Positions 24,985 to 37,492 of a stretch of 64,000 nucleotides of DNA are shown one piece after another. Each line of letters starts with the position of its first letter. The first letter of the stretch is position 1. The notes beneath the pieces were generated by a model, which worked only from the letters and a program-made list of their open reading frames with translations, had not been told where the DNA came from and did no database searches. Both the position numbers and the translations under genes were made by a program. The stretch is taken from the NCBI GenBank assembly GCA_024679065.1, contig JAGIQG010000008.1, positions 35,092,001-35,156,000 on the forward strand. The letters run 5' to 3'. This stretch comes from Sphyrna mokarran (lineage: Eukaryota).

Positions 24985-26460
24985 TACTGTATATTAGAAA
25001 TGTAAAGAGAGATGTTAATAAGGTCATGGTTAACAATACTGAAGAAAATCATGAGGAATGTAGAAAGTTTGGTGGAGTTGAAAATGGAGATTAGGAGGGC
25101 TAAAAGAGACAATGAGAAAAAGCAGAGTGGATAACAAAGGAAATAATAAAGATGATTAGAAATATGTAGAGTGGGGAAAAAGAGGCTACACCTGCTCATG
25201 GATGAAGGAGGGAGCCTAATTATGGAGGACAAAGTTGTAGAAAAGATATTAGATAAATATTATGTGTTGATATTTACAAATAATGTCAGAGTGCAGATGT
25301 ATTAAAGGAGAATATGAAACATTGTTAGAGATAACTGATGCAAAAAAAGTGGTTCTAAACAAATTAGCATGATTTAAAATAAACACACCTCAGGGGTTTG
25401 TATAATGTAAAATCTTATTCAATGAGGTCTATTGAAGGTAGTCAGAGGAGAATTAGCTTCTTGTCACAAATATTCAGCCTTGCTTAAGCACACAAATTGT
25501 GACAAGGGATTGGAGAGTCATCATAACTTTGTTTAGAACAGATGGGTAAATTATTGTTAATAGGCCAATTCTGGACAAGCTTTTTCGAATCCATATTTGA
25601 GGTAAAGCTTGTTCAGACTTAGAAATGCAGGGGCATGGGTTAGCTAAGAGCGACCAGCATAGATTTGTTAAAGACAAGCTGCATTTAATAAAGAGAATTT
25701 AAATAAAAAACGATTAGATAGAACGCATATATCAGGATTGAACTAGACATATAGACTGGAGAAGTAATGTACCCCAAGAGCCCTTGTTGGACCTACTTCT
25801 GCTTTCAGTATATGATTGATGCTTTCAACTTACGTACAGGGAACACAATTTCATAATCATCTGACACTCAAAAGTAGGAGGTAGTGCACATAATCAGTAG
25901 GACTGATGTCATAAACAGATAGCAGTTACAATTTATTATGAAGATGTATGATGTAGTACACTTGGGGGGATTGCTCTGAAGATGTGGATGAACCAAGAGA
26001 CCAAGGTTCAAATTTATAATTTCCTGAAAAATGGAATGCGGATCAATAAAGCCATAATAAAGGTTAATAGCCTTCGTTTTAGAATTAGCAAACAAGAGTC
26101 AATAAATAATGATACATCTATGCAACAGAGTGGTTAAGCCACAGTTAGAGTGTATGGTTTGATGTACTGCGTCATAGAAATGTATTAATGCATTAGTGAA
26201 AGGAAACTATAGTAATAAAAATAAATTTGAGAAGAACACTTTTATTGGAGCGCACAAGGTTGACCGGAGATTTAATAAACACTTAATACTATAAAGGGTT
26301 TTGAGACAGTGAGTAAGCAAGGATTATTTTCTCTGGTTGGAAAGTCAATTACAACATACCATTAATTCATTATTAAAACAATGAAGAGAGAGATTGGGAA
26401 TACTTTTCCAAGCAACATATAGATCCATTTGAAGTAGAGATAGTTATAACTTTTCAGGGA
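24985..26460 (+). mobile_element. Old, heavily decayed CR1 LINE
   Basis: Residual QHRFVKDK, gtaccccaag (GVPQ region) and gtggttaagccacagttagag (LVRPQLE) motifs. Confidence 0.6.
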
Positions 26461-26471
26461 GTGTTGGGCCA

Positions 26472-26675
26472 GGGGGCGGGTTGGCTCAGTTCACTGGATG
26501 GCTAGTTCATGATGTGGAATCATGCCAACAACATGAATTCAGTTCCCCTACCAGCTGAGGTTATTCTTGCAGGCCTTGTCTTCTCTCAACCTTCCCTGGG
26601 GTGTGGTATCCTCAGGTTAAATCAACACCATTCAGTTGTCTCTCATAAAGGGGAGATTAGACTCTAGGACTTGCA
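26472..26675 (+). mobile_element. tRNA-derived SINE (unassigned family)
   Basis: A-box-like ggttggctcagtt and decayed B-box-like gaattcagttccc, followed by a short body. Confidence 0.5.
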
Positions 26676-26785
26676 ATAGGGGAAGATGGGACTAAAGGCT
26701 GACAAGTCCTTGGACCCGACTGCTAATATTTAAAAAAAATTGTTCACTGGAAGGGGGCATTGCTAGCGAGGTCAGCATTTATTAC

Positions 26786-27711
26786 GTAAGAACATAAGAA
26801 CGTTAAGAAACAGGAGCAGGAGTAGGCCATCCAGCTCCTCGAGTCTGCCCCGCTATTCAATAAGATCATGGCTGATCTGCAGTGGTTCAGTACCGCTTTC
26901 CCGCCTTTTCCCCGTAACCCTTAATTCCCTTGTCAATCAAAAATCTATCCACTCTTGACTTAAATATATTCAGCAAGGAAGCCTCTACCACTTCAACAGG
27001 CAGAGAATTCCAAAGATTCGTCACCCTTTGTGTGAAAAAATTTCTCCTCAACTCTGATCTGAACTGCCCTCCTCAATCTTGAGGCTGTGCCCTCTAGTCC
27101 TGCTATCTTTGTTAAGCAGGAAGAGTCTCTTAGCCTCTACCCTATCCATCCCCCTCATTATCTTATACGTCTCTATAAGATCCCCTCTCAGCCTTCTAAA
27201 CTCCAACGAGTACAAACCTAGTCTATTCAGTCTCTCCTCATAATCCAATGCCCTCATCTCTGGAATCAGCCCAGTGAACCTTCTCTGCACCCCTCCAAGG
27301 CCAATATATCCTTTCTCAAATGCAGCGACCAAAACTGCACACAGTACTCCAGCTGCACCCTCACCAGTACCCTATACAGCTGCAAAAGTACCTCCCTACT
27401 TTTATATTCTATCCCCCTAGCTATAAAGGCCAACATTGCATTCGCCTTCTTGATTACCTGCTGCACCTGCAGACTGCGTTTTTGCAATTCGTGCATAAGG
27501 ACCCTCAGGTCCCTCTGCACCGTCGCATGTTGCAGCTTTTCGCCATTTAAATAGTAATCCTTCCTACCGTTATTCCTACCAAAGTGGATAACCTCACACT
27601 TGCTAACATTATACTCCATCTGCCAGGTCCTCGCCCACTCACTCAACCTATCCAGATCCCTCTGCAGGCTTTCCACACCCTCCAAGCAATTTGCTTTTCC
27701 ACTCATCTTCG
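26786..27711 (-). mobile_element. 5'-truncated CR1 LINE inserted into an older LINE tail, 6-bp TSD
   Basis: LQRDLDRLSEWARTWQMEYNVSKC...LEYCVQFWS, with one frameshift. tattac is duplicated at 26780-26785 and 27712-27717, and the host tail resumes after it. Confidence 0.9.
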
Positions 27712-27789
27712 TATTACTCATTCCTAACCTCCCTTGAGAAGGTAATAGTGAATTGCCTCTTGAACTGCTGAGTCCATGGGGAAAGGACC

Positions 27790-28295
27790 TAATGGATTGG
27801 AAAGTCACACATCTAACCCCACTATTGTAGAAAGCAGAGAACAGTAAGCAGCAAATAAAAAGCCAGTTAGTTTGACATCTATCATTGGGAAAATGCTGAA
27901 ATCCTTACTAAGCAGGTAGTAGCAGGATATGTATAAAATTTTAATACAATCAGACAGAGTCAAAATGGCTTTGTGTAAGGAAGGTCATATTTGATAGATT
28001 TATTGGACTAGTTTGAAGATATAACAAGGAAGATGGACAAACAATGTATTACATTTGGATTTTCAAATGACATTTGATAAGGTGCCACATAAAAGGTGTC
28101 ACAACAGAAGAGCTCATGGTGCTAGGAGTGATATATTAGTATTGATAGAGAATTGGCCAACAAACAGGAAACAGAGTGTCCGGAAAAATAGATCATTTTC
28201 AAGTAGACAAATTGTGACTAGTGGAATGCGCTGTTGGGTTTCAGCACTGGGATTTCAACTATATAAGGTCTACGCAAATAATTAGGATAAAGAGA
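27790..28295 (+). mobile_element. CR1 RT fragment
   Basis: DFQMTFDKVPHKR...LIENWPTNRKQSV. Confidence 0.75.
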
Positions 28296-28509
28296 CCAAC
28301 TGTATTGTAGTTCTATGATTGTTACCAAGTCTCTGTTCCAATTCTATGTTATTATTGAATTGAAGAATAATACAGCTTAAGAAGTTATTTGGCTTTGTGT
28401 TATCTCTTTGGTAGAGCTATCCAGTTAGTACCAGCACCCTGTTCCTTCCTCATTGCCCTGCAAATCTTTTCCAAATACTTATTCATTTCCATTTTGAAAG
28501 TTCAATCAA

Positions 28510-29985
28510 TTATCTAGACTCTATTATAAAAGATGCTATAACAGGACCCTTAGAAAATATTAATGGAATTAGACAAAGTCATGATGTAGAGATGCTAGCG
28601 TTGGACTGAGGTAAGCTCAGTAAGAGGTCTGACAACACCAATTTTAAACCCAACCGATTTATTTGACGGTAAACTTGCTAGCTTTCAGTGTTTGTGCCTT
28701 CGTCAGGCGAATGAAGTGTTCTGGTCTCCAAAAGCACAATATCAGCACAGACAGTTTACAGATTGCTGATTAGAATGCGAATCCTTACACCTAACCTGCT
28801 ATTCAAGTCTTAAAGTAGCTAACAATGTGGGTGGAAGGAACACCGAGCACAGGTTAGACAGATGTGTAGACAAAGTCGATATGGTTTATGAAAGGATAGT
28901 CATGTTTGACAAATCCATTGGAGTTTTTTGAGGATGCAATTAATAGAATAGATAAGAGTGAACCAATGGATGTAGTGTATTTGGATTTTCAGAAAGCTTT
29001 TGATAAAATCTGACTTAAAAGATTAGTGAGTAAAATTAAAGCACTTGGGATTAGAGCTAATGTATTGGCTTGGATTGAGAATTGATTGGCAGACAGGAAA
29101 CAGATTAAATGGGTCATTTTCTAAGTGGCAATTGTAACTAGTGGACTCCCAGAGGGATCAATGTTTGGGCCCTAGATATTCAAAATGTATATGTCAATGA
29201 TTTGGACGGGGGAATCAAGAGCAAAGTTTGCTGACAACACAAAACATGGTGGAAATGTGAATGGTGAGGAAGATGTTAAGAGGCTTTAAGGTGATTTTGA
29301 CAAGTTGAATGAGTGGAAACGGGATCTGAATGTCCTAGTACATCAGTCACTGAAAGTAAGCATGCAGGTATAGCAAGCAATTAGGAAAACAAACGGTAAG
29401 TTGGCCTTCATTGAGTACAGGATGTCTTACTGCAGCTGTACAGAGTATTATGTGAAGTTTTGGTCTCCTTACCTAAAAAAGAATATATTTGCCTAAGAGG
29501 GAGCACAGTGGAGATTCAACAGACTGACTCCTGGGATGGTAGGATGGAAATATGAGGAGAGATTGGTTCAACTGGGCCTATTTTTACAGGAATTTAGAAG
29601 AACGAGAGAGGATCTAATTGAAACATATAAAATTCTGACAGGGTTGGACAGACTGGATGCAGAGATGTTATTTTTTCAAGCTGGATGGTCTAGAGAAAGA
29701 GGCCTCATAATATGAGATAAGCCATTAGGACTGAGATGAGAAATTCCTTCAATCAGAAGGCAGTGAGCCTGTGGAATTCTCAACCACAAAAGGCTATGGA
29801 CGAAAAATCACTGAATATATTTAAGAAGGAAATAGATAGATTTCTAGACTTTATAGGTGTCAATGGACATGGGAAGAGCACTGAATTATGGTGCTGAGGT
29901 AGAGGATTAGCGATAACCATACTAAATGGCAGAGCAGGCTCAAAAGGCCAAATGGCCTACATCTGTTCTTATTTTCTATGTTTCT
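28510..29985 (+). mobile_element. CR1 LINE (RT to 3' tail), interrupted by a Penelope-derived insert
   Basis: DVVYLDFQKAFDK, KFADNTK and YEERL motifs, and a ttctatgtttct tail. Confidence 0.85.
28583..28866 (-). mobile_element. Short Penelope-derived element with hammerhead core and 11-bp TSD
   Basis: tagacaaagtc at 28570-28580 and 28867-28877. The minus strand reads CTGACGA-AGGCACAAACACT-GAAA-GCTAGC, with the core at 28706-28683. Confidence 0.8.
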
Positions 29986-29999
29986 GAGTAATCTGTTTC

Positions 30000-30345
30000 T
30001 GCTACACGTTCAGGCAATACACTCCAGATCACATCTTGTGTTAGAAAATGGTCTCCTCAGGCAACCTCAAATTCTTTTGCCAATCATTTTAATTCTGTGC
30101 CCTCTAATAACCATCTCCCACTGAAAACAATTTCTCCTTATTTACTACATTAAATCTGTTAATTGTTTTACACACCTCTATCAAATCTTCTTTGGATCGT
30201 CTCTGTTTTGAGGAGGACAAATCCAGTTCCTCTTTCTACAACTGCAGTCCTTCATACCTTGCATCATTCTGCAATTCCAAAGGCCTTCACGTTATTCAGA
30301 AATTACTAAGTGTGGTGCCAGAAATTAAAGCAATGCGTAGCTAAG
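30000..30345 (-). mobile_element. Decayed CR1 fragment
   Basis: ctgtgccctcta (RGH region) and gtgtggtgccagaa (FWxPH region). Confidence 0.55.
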
Positions 30346-31379
30346 ACTTGGCTTTTTTTTAAAAAAAAGTTAAATTCATTGATCTCATGTTTATGAGTTC
30401 AAACAAAGCTAATGTAGAATAGCCGTTTCAGTTGATGTGAAGCTCCCTTAAGGACAGACCATCTACTTGGCAACCATATGGCATTGCAAACGACAGCACG
30501 AGCGGTAACTGTCACGTAGTCTGTTTACCAAAAGTGCTTTTAACAGTCGACAACCAGCTGGCTTCTCTGTCTATAAGACTATATTAAATTGTATTCGCGT
30601 TTTAATGGCACCGAGTCTGATGCCAATGATGGCAAAAGGCAACTAGATTTATATCGGGTTCATTAAAAAAAACACTTCCAAGTGTTAAAATTGGAATAGC
30701 AGAAAGGGGGATGGAAGGATCTGAACAACATCTTTGCTCACAATGTAACAACTCTATTTAAACCATGAATAAAATGCATAGCTTTTTAGCATTTGCAGCG
30801 GATTGAAATCGGTTACAAAATCACAGTTTAACAATCATATCAGACCCAAACACCGGAACTGCCAGCAGATTTGGGCAAACTGATCCTAGGAGGGAATCAT
30901 TCTAAATACTGGAGATTTACTATAATACATGACCAGGCTGCATTGTTACGTGAGGTAATTTCAATAACAGAGTCGATATTTTCTGAAATCCGGTTCTTGT
31001 CTCTTCCGAGTAAAATTGGGCAGAAAACCTTCCACTATAGCAAATTCAAACCCAACTGGAAACAATTAAGCAACAATCTGGATGAAAAATAAGGAAGAAT
31101 TACTTTGGGCTTTTAATTATTTATTGTGATTTCTGTGGTTCTTTTTTGGTAAGGTTTATCAGCACTGATTCCACCTGGACTTAAAAGACACAGATTCATT
31201 GGAAATCATTATTCGACCCATTCAGAGTGGAAATGTGAAATCGGTACTAATCAATAGGCGTTGGAGTAAGGCCGGTGACTTTCCCATCTCCTTCTCTCAC
31301 CTCTTAGTATTTTTCACTTTCTGCTGTCTATATTCCTGCAGGTTTCCTCGGCTCTTTCGTTTTTATTATTTCTGGAAAA

Positions 31380-31550
31380 TGTGTTGCCTGTGACGTATGT
31401 TGCAGGCAGACACCCCGGAGGGGGGAAAAAAAGCCCAGAGCCAGCGAGCTGCAGAGGAGCAAAGTGCTAGCGGAGAGGATTAGGACAGGGCAGCAACAAC
31501 ACGGAAGCACTCATACACCGTGGAGGCAGGGAAAATCAAATGCAGCAGCA
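31380..31550 (+). promoter_or_regulatory. Probable NRIP2 proximal promoter / 5'UTR
   Basis: Local CpG enrichment and TE-poor sequence upstream of the first coding exon. CRE-like TGACGT at 31391-31396. Confidence 0.45.
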
Positions 31551-31706
31551 ATGTCCGATCTCAAGAAAAACGAAATGGAAATCAGGGACAAAGCTATCCT
31601 TCATCAGCAGAGGCGGCTAAAGCAAGCCACGCAGTTTATCCACAAAGATTCGGCAGATTTGCTCCCCTTGGACGGGCTGAAAAGGTTGGGAACATCGAAA
31701 GATCTG
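31551..31706 (+). CDS. NRIP2: Nuclear receptor-interacting protein 2, coding exon 1
   Basis: MSDLKKNEMEIRDKAILHQQRRLKQATQFIHKDSADLLPLDGLKRLGTSKDL matches recalled human NRIP2 (RDRAHLSQQRRLKQATQFLHKDSADLLPLDSLKRLGTSKDL) better than NRIP3. Donor GTGAGT at 31707, phase 0. Confidence 0.92.
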
Positions 31707-32494
31707 GTGAGTCGCCCTTTCTGCTGGCAGCGGTGTCTGCAGCGGGCAGCGGTTCCAATGTAGGAGGATAGATCACCAAGGGGCGTTTATACTTATAATC
31801 AATACAGGTTTGATGTGAACTCCTCAATAGTTTAGGAGTGTTTACATGAATGAATAGATGTATGATTGTGGATGTATGCTTGTGCATATATATTTACGAG
31901 TCTCTATGTTTCCTTTTATATTCGTATATTTTATGCATGTTTGCTTACATCCATTACAAGTTACAAATTGGGAGTGTATTATGTATAATTAGTATTAGTT
32001 TATGATCCCACTTGCATTTGTCCAGCTATTTATCTGTAGGCAGAAGCGGACACTGTACTTGTCATTACTGGAGAGGATACCTGTTAAAATTAAATAAAAT
32101 TCTGGCTTATTGCAGAAAGGACGCGGGGTTCATACGGTGACTGGGAATCGTGCATTATTCGAGAATGCCGGAGCCTTTACAGTCATAGCTTTAATAGAAA
32201 AATTATTATACCAAACTGAGTCAGTATATGTGTCAAAAGTGGGGAAAAGTAATAAAATCGAATGGAGATAGGTGAATAAGTAAGGATAAAGATAGGACCA
32301 GAGATACAGATGCAGAAAGATAAGGAGGAGCCACAGGAAAATGTAGGTAGAAAGTGAGGAATAGAAGGAAAGAAATAAAAATGCAAGTGAAAAAGGAGCA
32401 CAGGTAGAAGGAAGAGAGCACAAAAGCTGCTGGAAGTGACTCAGAGACGGAGAAATGAAGATATGCATGGGAATAAAGGTGAGAGAACAGATGG

Positions 32495-32735
32495 GACCGA
32501 ATCACACAATACAAAGAGAGGCCATTCGACCCATTATGCCCATGTCAGAAATTTGAAACAGCTGTCCAATTATTCCCACGCCCATGGTCCTGCAATGTTT
32601 TTGGGGTATTTATCCAATTCCCGTTTGAAAATTACTATTGAATCTGCTCCCACTATCCTTTCATACTGTGCATTCCAGGTCACAAGAATTTGCTGATTTT
32701 AAAAAAACATTCTCCTCAGCTCCCCTCTGGTTCTT
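32495..32735 (-). mobile_element. CR1 3'UTR fragment
   Basis: gaggccattcgaccc terminal motif and gtgcattccag. Confidence 0.55.
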
Positions 32736-33024
32736 TGTAGGAAAAACATTCAGGAACAAACAATAGAATTAGGAGACAGGAATAAATGAGAGAAAGGAAT
32801 AGGCAAGAACTGGGAGAAAGAAACAGGAACAAAGACGGAGAAATGGCCAAAAACAAATACACAAACAGAAAGAATAAGAAACAACTGAAGGAGAAACAGA
32901 GGGGAGATGAACAGAAACCTCAATTTTATCTCAACATCCCTCAGCATGAACAAAATGTGGAAGGGTGGTCACAACTCATTCTTGTTCCCACTCATGCCAT
33001 TTTTACGTGGGACACCACCATGTA

Positions 33025-33252
33025 TACATGGGTTTCCTCCAGGTGCTCTGGTTTCCTTGCACAGTCCAAATGATTGCAGATTAGGTGCACTGGTCATGCT
33101 AATTTTTCCTTTAGTGTCCCAGGATATGTATGTTAGAAAGATTAGTGGGGTAAATATGTGAGGTTATGGGATAGGACCCGGGTGGGATTGCTGTCGGTGC
33201 AGACTCGATGGGCTGAATGGTCTCCTTTTGCACTGTAGGGATTCTATGATTC
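33025..33252 (+). mobile_element. 5'-truncated HE1-type V-SINE
   Basis: gggtttcctccaggtgctctggtttcc...tgtagggattctatgattc. Confidence 0.8.
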
Positions 33253-35061
33253 CATTACTACAGAGGTAGCAGGCGCCTGCTGGTAATTAAAATGGGAAAA
33301 TTGCAGCCTGATGATGTCACTGAGATTATAATTCTACCAGCCAGGATCTACGTGGCACTAAATGCACCAACATCAGCAAACAAAGTCAGATCCAAAGAGG
33401 CACAGGAAGTTTTGGGTTACATTGAGTTTGGAATTCTTCATTGGGTTTGGAGGATTAACCTTTCTTCCTTAGCTTCTTGGCCTCTCTTTTCAAATTTGTA
33501 GAATCATGGCTAGAAACAGAGATGGAGAGAAGAAAAGTGATGGAAAGATGGAAGTTCAATTAGAGAAAAAGAGGGTAATTGACAAAATAAGAGAGCTAAT
33601 TTGAAAGACATGGGGTAGATAGAAAATGGTAAAAGGGTGAGAAACATGCTGCAGTTGATGGCTCATGCGCTGACTCATTTTCTATTTAGTCAGAGATTCT
33701 ATCCATTCTAACAATTTACTATCAATCATCTTTTTGAATCATTATTCACCTACCCCTCTTTTGCTGAAGATTTTACTATACATTCATCAACTTCTTTCAG
33801 ATCACTTTGGTATGCAATTCCTCCATTCCTTTCATTGTGCTTTGGTGTTACACCTTCAGACTACCTTTTAATGAGATAAATGGAAATCTTATTTCTTTCA
33901 ATTCTTCTGACATGAAGGATAAATGTTGTGAGGCAGTGATCTTGGCAGGGTGCTTTTGCTTAAAGGGAGCACTCATCGAAGAATCAAATGTTGACGTCAG
34001 CACTCTCATTTCAGATGTTTTGAATTTTCTGGTGATTAAAATAAATTAACATAAAATCAGATACATCACAGATGAAAGAACAGGGTGTGGAAGTCACTGT
34101 GTCTGATATGTCATGCTCCCATTGGAACATTTGCTGTGTATTTCCTTTGCCTCTTTTGCAAATCTAACCAATGTCTACCAGTCTCAGGTTTAATAGCTTC
34201 AACCCCAGGCCTTCTTTGTCTTCATCTTGATTATCTAACCGTATTTTAAGAGCAGCAAGTTACTTATCAGTGGTTGAACAGGAGCTCTATAGGACTATGA
34301 AGTATAAAAATACTAGATTAGCCAAACATAAATGAATTGTAAAAGGATTATTTTATGAAATTGTTACCTTAATGCAATGCTCTGGCCTTGGAGGGGCATA
34401 GTAAGATAAGCATTGCCAGAGGAATGCATGAAAAATGCGTTAGCCTAGTAACAGTTCATGAGAAAATGTCATTTGACATTTTATCACCCTAGAGAAATTA
34501 GGTGCTACAGAGACATAATGCAGCTTGGGAAGGTACATTCATTTTTGACTCAGTGAACAAATTAATACAATTCCTTCACTTGTCCCTGCAGCAGCTAATC
34601 ATGCGTACCAAATCCGTGAACAAATGTCATATGCTGCATTTTCATTTGTTGCTCATTTGGAGGCCAATGCAAGTCAGCATTTGGAGAACATAGAACTAGG
34701 AGATCATTCCTTCCTCTCTTTATTAATTATTTCCCTCACCCAGAATATATGAAACAGGCAATGACCCAGAGATTCAATGGCACAGCTCCCATTTTGTATG
34801 TGCACAACAGGCACCTAAATATCCAAATTGACAGATGGGACATGCAGGCTTATTACCATCCAGAAGTTCATCAGCCATCATGTTGGTTTGGGCCACTCCT
34901 TGAGGATTCAGAAACACAGCAAGTTATTAAAAGTTAAAAATCAAATTAGGGTCCTGCACTTGTAATAGGACACTTTTCATTATTCATAGAATCTACAGCA
35001 CAGAAGGAGGCCTTTTGGCCATTTAGCCTGCAGCAACAATAATCACACTGTGGTTATTGGT

Positions 35062-35338
35062 ATTGGGCTGACACTTCAGTGCAGTATTGAGGTTATGCTG
35101 CACTGCCAAAGATACTATCTTCCAGATAAAAGGTTAACCCAACTCTCTATATGCCCTTTCACGTAGACAAAAATGATCCCATGACACCTTTAATAGAACA
35201 GTGGGGACACTTTCAAGTGCCCGGATTAATAAGTATCCCTCAACCAACATCCCTTTAAAAAATCTGGTAATTATCACATTGATGTTTGTGGGACTTTACT
35301 CTGTGTAAATTGGCTGTCATGCATCCTTATACTGTAAC
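35062..35338 (+). mobile_element. DeuSINE (SacSINE1/AmnSINE1-type Deu domain)
   Basis: ggctgacacttcagtgcagtattgag...tatccctcaaccaacatc...ttatcacattgatgtttgtgggac...aaattggctg matches the recalled SacSINE1 core. Confidence 0.75.
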
Positions 35339-36109
35339 CTTTTTACTTGATTTATTCCCCAGATTGGGATTGAGCTTTACACTGATGCTCCTTAAGGTGT
35401 GCTCCAACCAGTATGTGTGAGTGCTGTCTTACACCAATTGCAACCTCACCTATGTCTAGTTTAAACACTGCACACCATTCTACCTATCTTGATAACCAAC
35501 AAATCAATCACTTTGTTGAAGTGACATTCATCCAGAAAGATTCTCCTATTCTAGGAGATGTCACATTGCTTGGAAAACTGAAGTGATGACTTCTTATATG
35601 AAAGCCTGACCTATACAGTAGTCTACCTCATTACCCTCTGTTTTCACAAACATGTGGCATAAATAATGTTTCAGAAAATAATGCAGTGGAGTTCCTTCCC
35701 AATGCCCCAAACTTAATAGAAAAGATTATTGATCACTTTCTAGCTGTATAATTATAAATGATTCACAATTTAGTATAAAATTTGACTTTTAGTCCAAGTG
35801 TGCTCTCAAAGCCACCATCCATGACCAACTTCATGGCTTCTTTATATGACATCTGTTGCCAAAATCCTTGTTAAAAGTCTCTATTAACTGATATACTTTC
35901 CAAATAATCATAGAGCACATTTATAATAATTCCAAAAGCGCTCTGTTCCTGCTCAGCTCAAATGGCTGACATCCTGTAGTAACAATCTACATGGTGGGAG
36001 GAGATAGTGAGGACTATGTTAGGGTCAAAAGTATAAATGGTAGCTGAGGGCCTAAATAGATCAGAATGACTGGGTTGCTGATGAAGGTTGCCAGAAAGCT
36101 GTCCTGAAT

Positions 36110-36420
36110 TGATTTGTGAAATTGGTCACTCCAAAAGTGAGCACAATCTTTGGCCGAAATTCATTTCAGTGTGCAGATGCCTGGAATGAGTTACAACTGA
36201 AACTGAAGCTACCTAATTTTATTACTGTGAATTCCTATCGCTGGAGGGTTAAGGCTCTGTTGACTGATACTTTTACTGTCAATTGTTTTTTACTGTTAAT
36301 TTGCATCTTATTGCTGTTGGTGTTTATATTGTATAATTTCTCTTGCTAGCCATGCCATTATTATAAATGAGAATTGGTTTCTACTTGATTCACCTGACTA
36401 AATAAAGGTAAATAAATAGC
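36110..36420 (+). mobile_element. L2-clade LINE 3' end (Rsg-1-like tail)
   Basis: PKVSTIFGRNSFQCADAWNELQ and tail aaatgagaattggtttctacttgattcacctgactaaataaaggtaaataaat. Confidence 0.65.
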
Positions 36421-37492
36421 TAAATTGATCTTTGGTCTATCATAGTATCATCAGCTTACTCCTAAAATTCTTGGCAACTTCTTGGTCAATGGAAGACCTG
36501 GAGGAGGCCAAAATGCTATCATTTCTGAAACTGGCAGAAATCACATAACATCATTAGATATTTAAAAAATATGATAATTTGACTCTCCTTTTGCTCAGGA
36601 AACTGATTCCTCTGGGGAAGAAAAGCAAGGAAAATCAGTCTTTAAATTGACTTCCTCCTGAAAATTCATTAGTCTACTTGATATAACTCTTGGTCTCTCT
36701 ATATGTACTACTACTGTAGAGGACAGCTTCTAAATAGAGACCTGAATTCCCAATGACTGACACAAAGGGCAGTATTTTCTAGCCTTTCCCACCAGCAGGA
36801 TCATCTAGTTCTGCGAAGGTGACCAATCTGCAGTCAGTTCCTGATGGCGTAACTGGTGAGCAGCACAAATGGCCATATATTTATGGGATGTAGATGTCAC
36901 TGGCTGCACCAGCATTTATTGCCCATCCCTAATGTCTCTGCTTGGTTCAGCGAAGAAATGATTTTAATTGCATCCACAAAGGTTTCTGCACTCTTGCTTC
37001 TTGTATGCTAGTAGAACTGGCTTCCAGACTGCTCAGTGGAATCTACCTGGCTGTTTCCTTGAGTGTTGGCAATTATACTATTTTCCCTATTGACTGTTCT
37101 TTCTTGTGTATTTGCTATCAGTCCCCCCAACTTTTGCAGCTCTAAAAAATTTAACAAATGTATGCTTTCCTTGACGTTCAATCATCTAAGTCATGACAAT
37201 ATATTCTTCTGGTCTGTCTAAAGCTATTAACCTTGCTTCTGCGAGACTCACATTCTGTGAAATGCCTTTTGAAATGCTGGTGGCTTCTACCTGTTAAGTT
37301 TTGTTACATTCTTGGTATTGCTTGTTACCAGATATATTCGTGATGTGTCGCCCCTTTTTAAAAATGAAATGTCTTAATTTGAACACATTTCATTTCTCAA
37401 CCTTATTTTTATTTGTGCTATCATGTTAAACATTACAAAATTCCAGAGTATACATTAGCACTGAGGGTACCCACTCTTCTCAGAAATCTCTT

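Noticed and set aside
31464-31550. N-terminal extension of NRIP2 from the GTG given in the ORF track
   Set aside because: No in-frame ATG and no recognisable homology; the ATG at 31551 fits better. The ORF tail after 31706 is intron read-through.
32130-33073. Hydrophobic and Lys/Glu-rich ORFs
   Set aside because: Artefacts of purine-rich low-complexity intron sequence; the same applies to 40618-41180.
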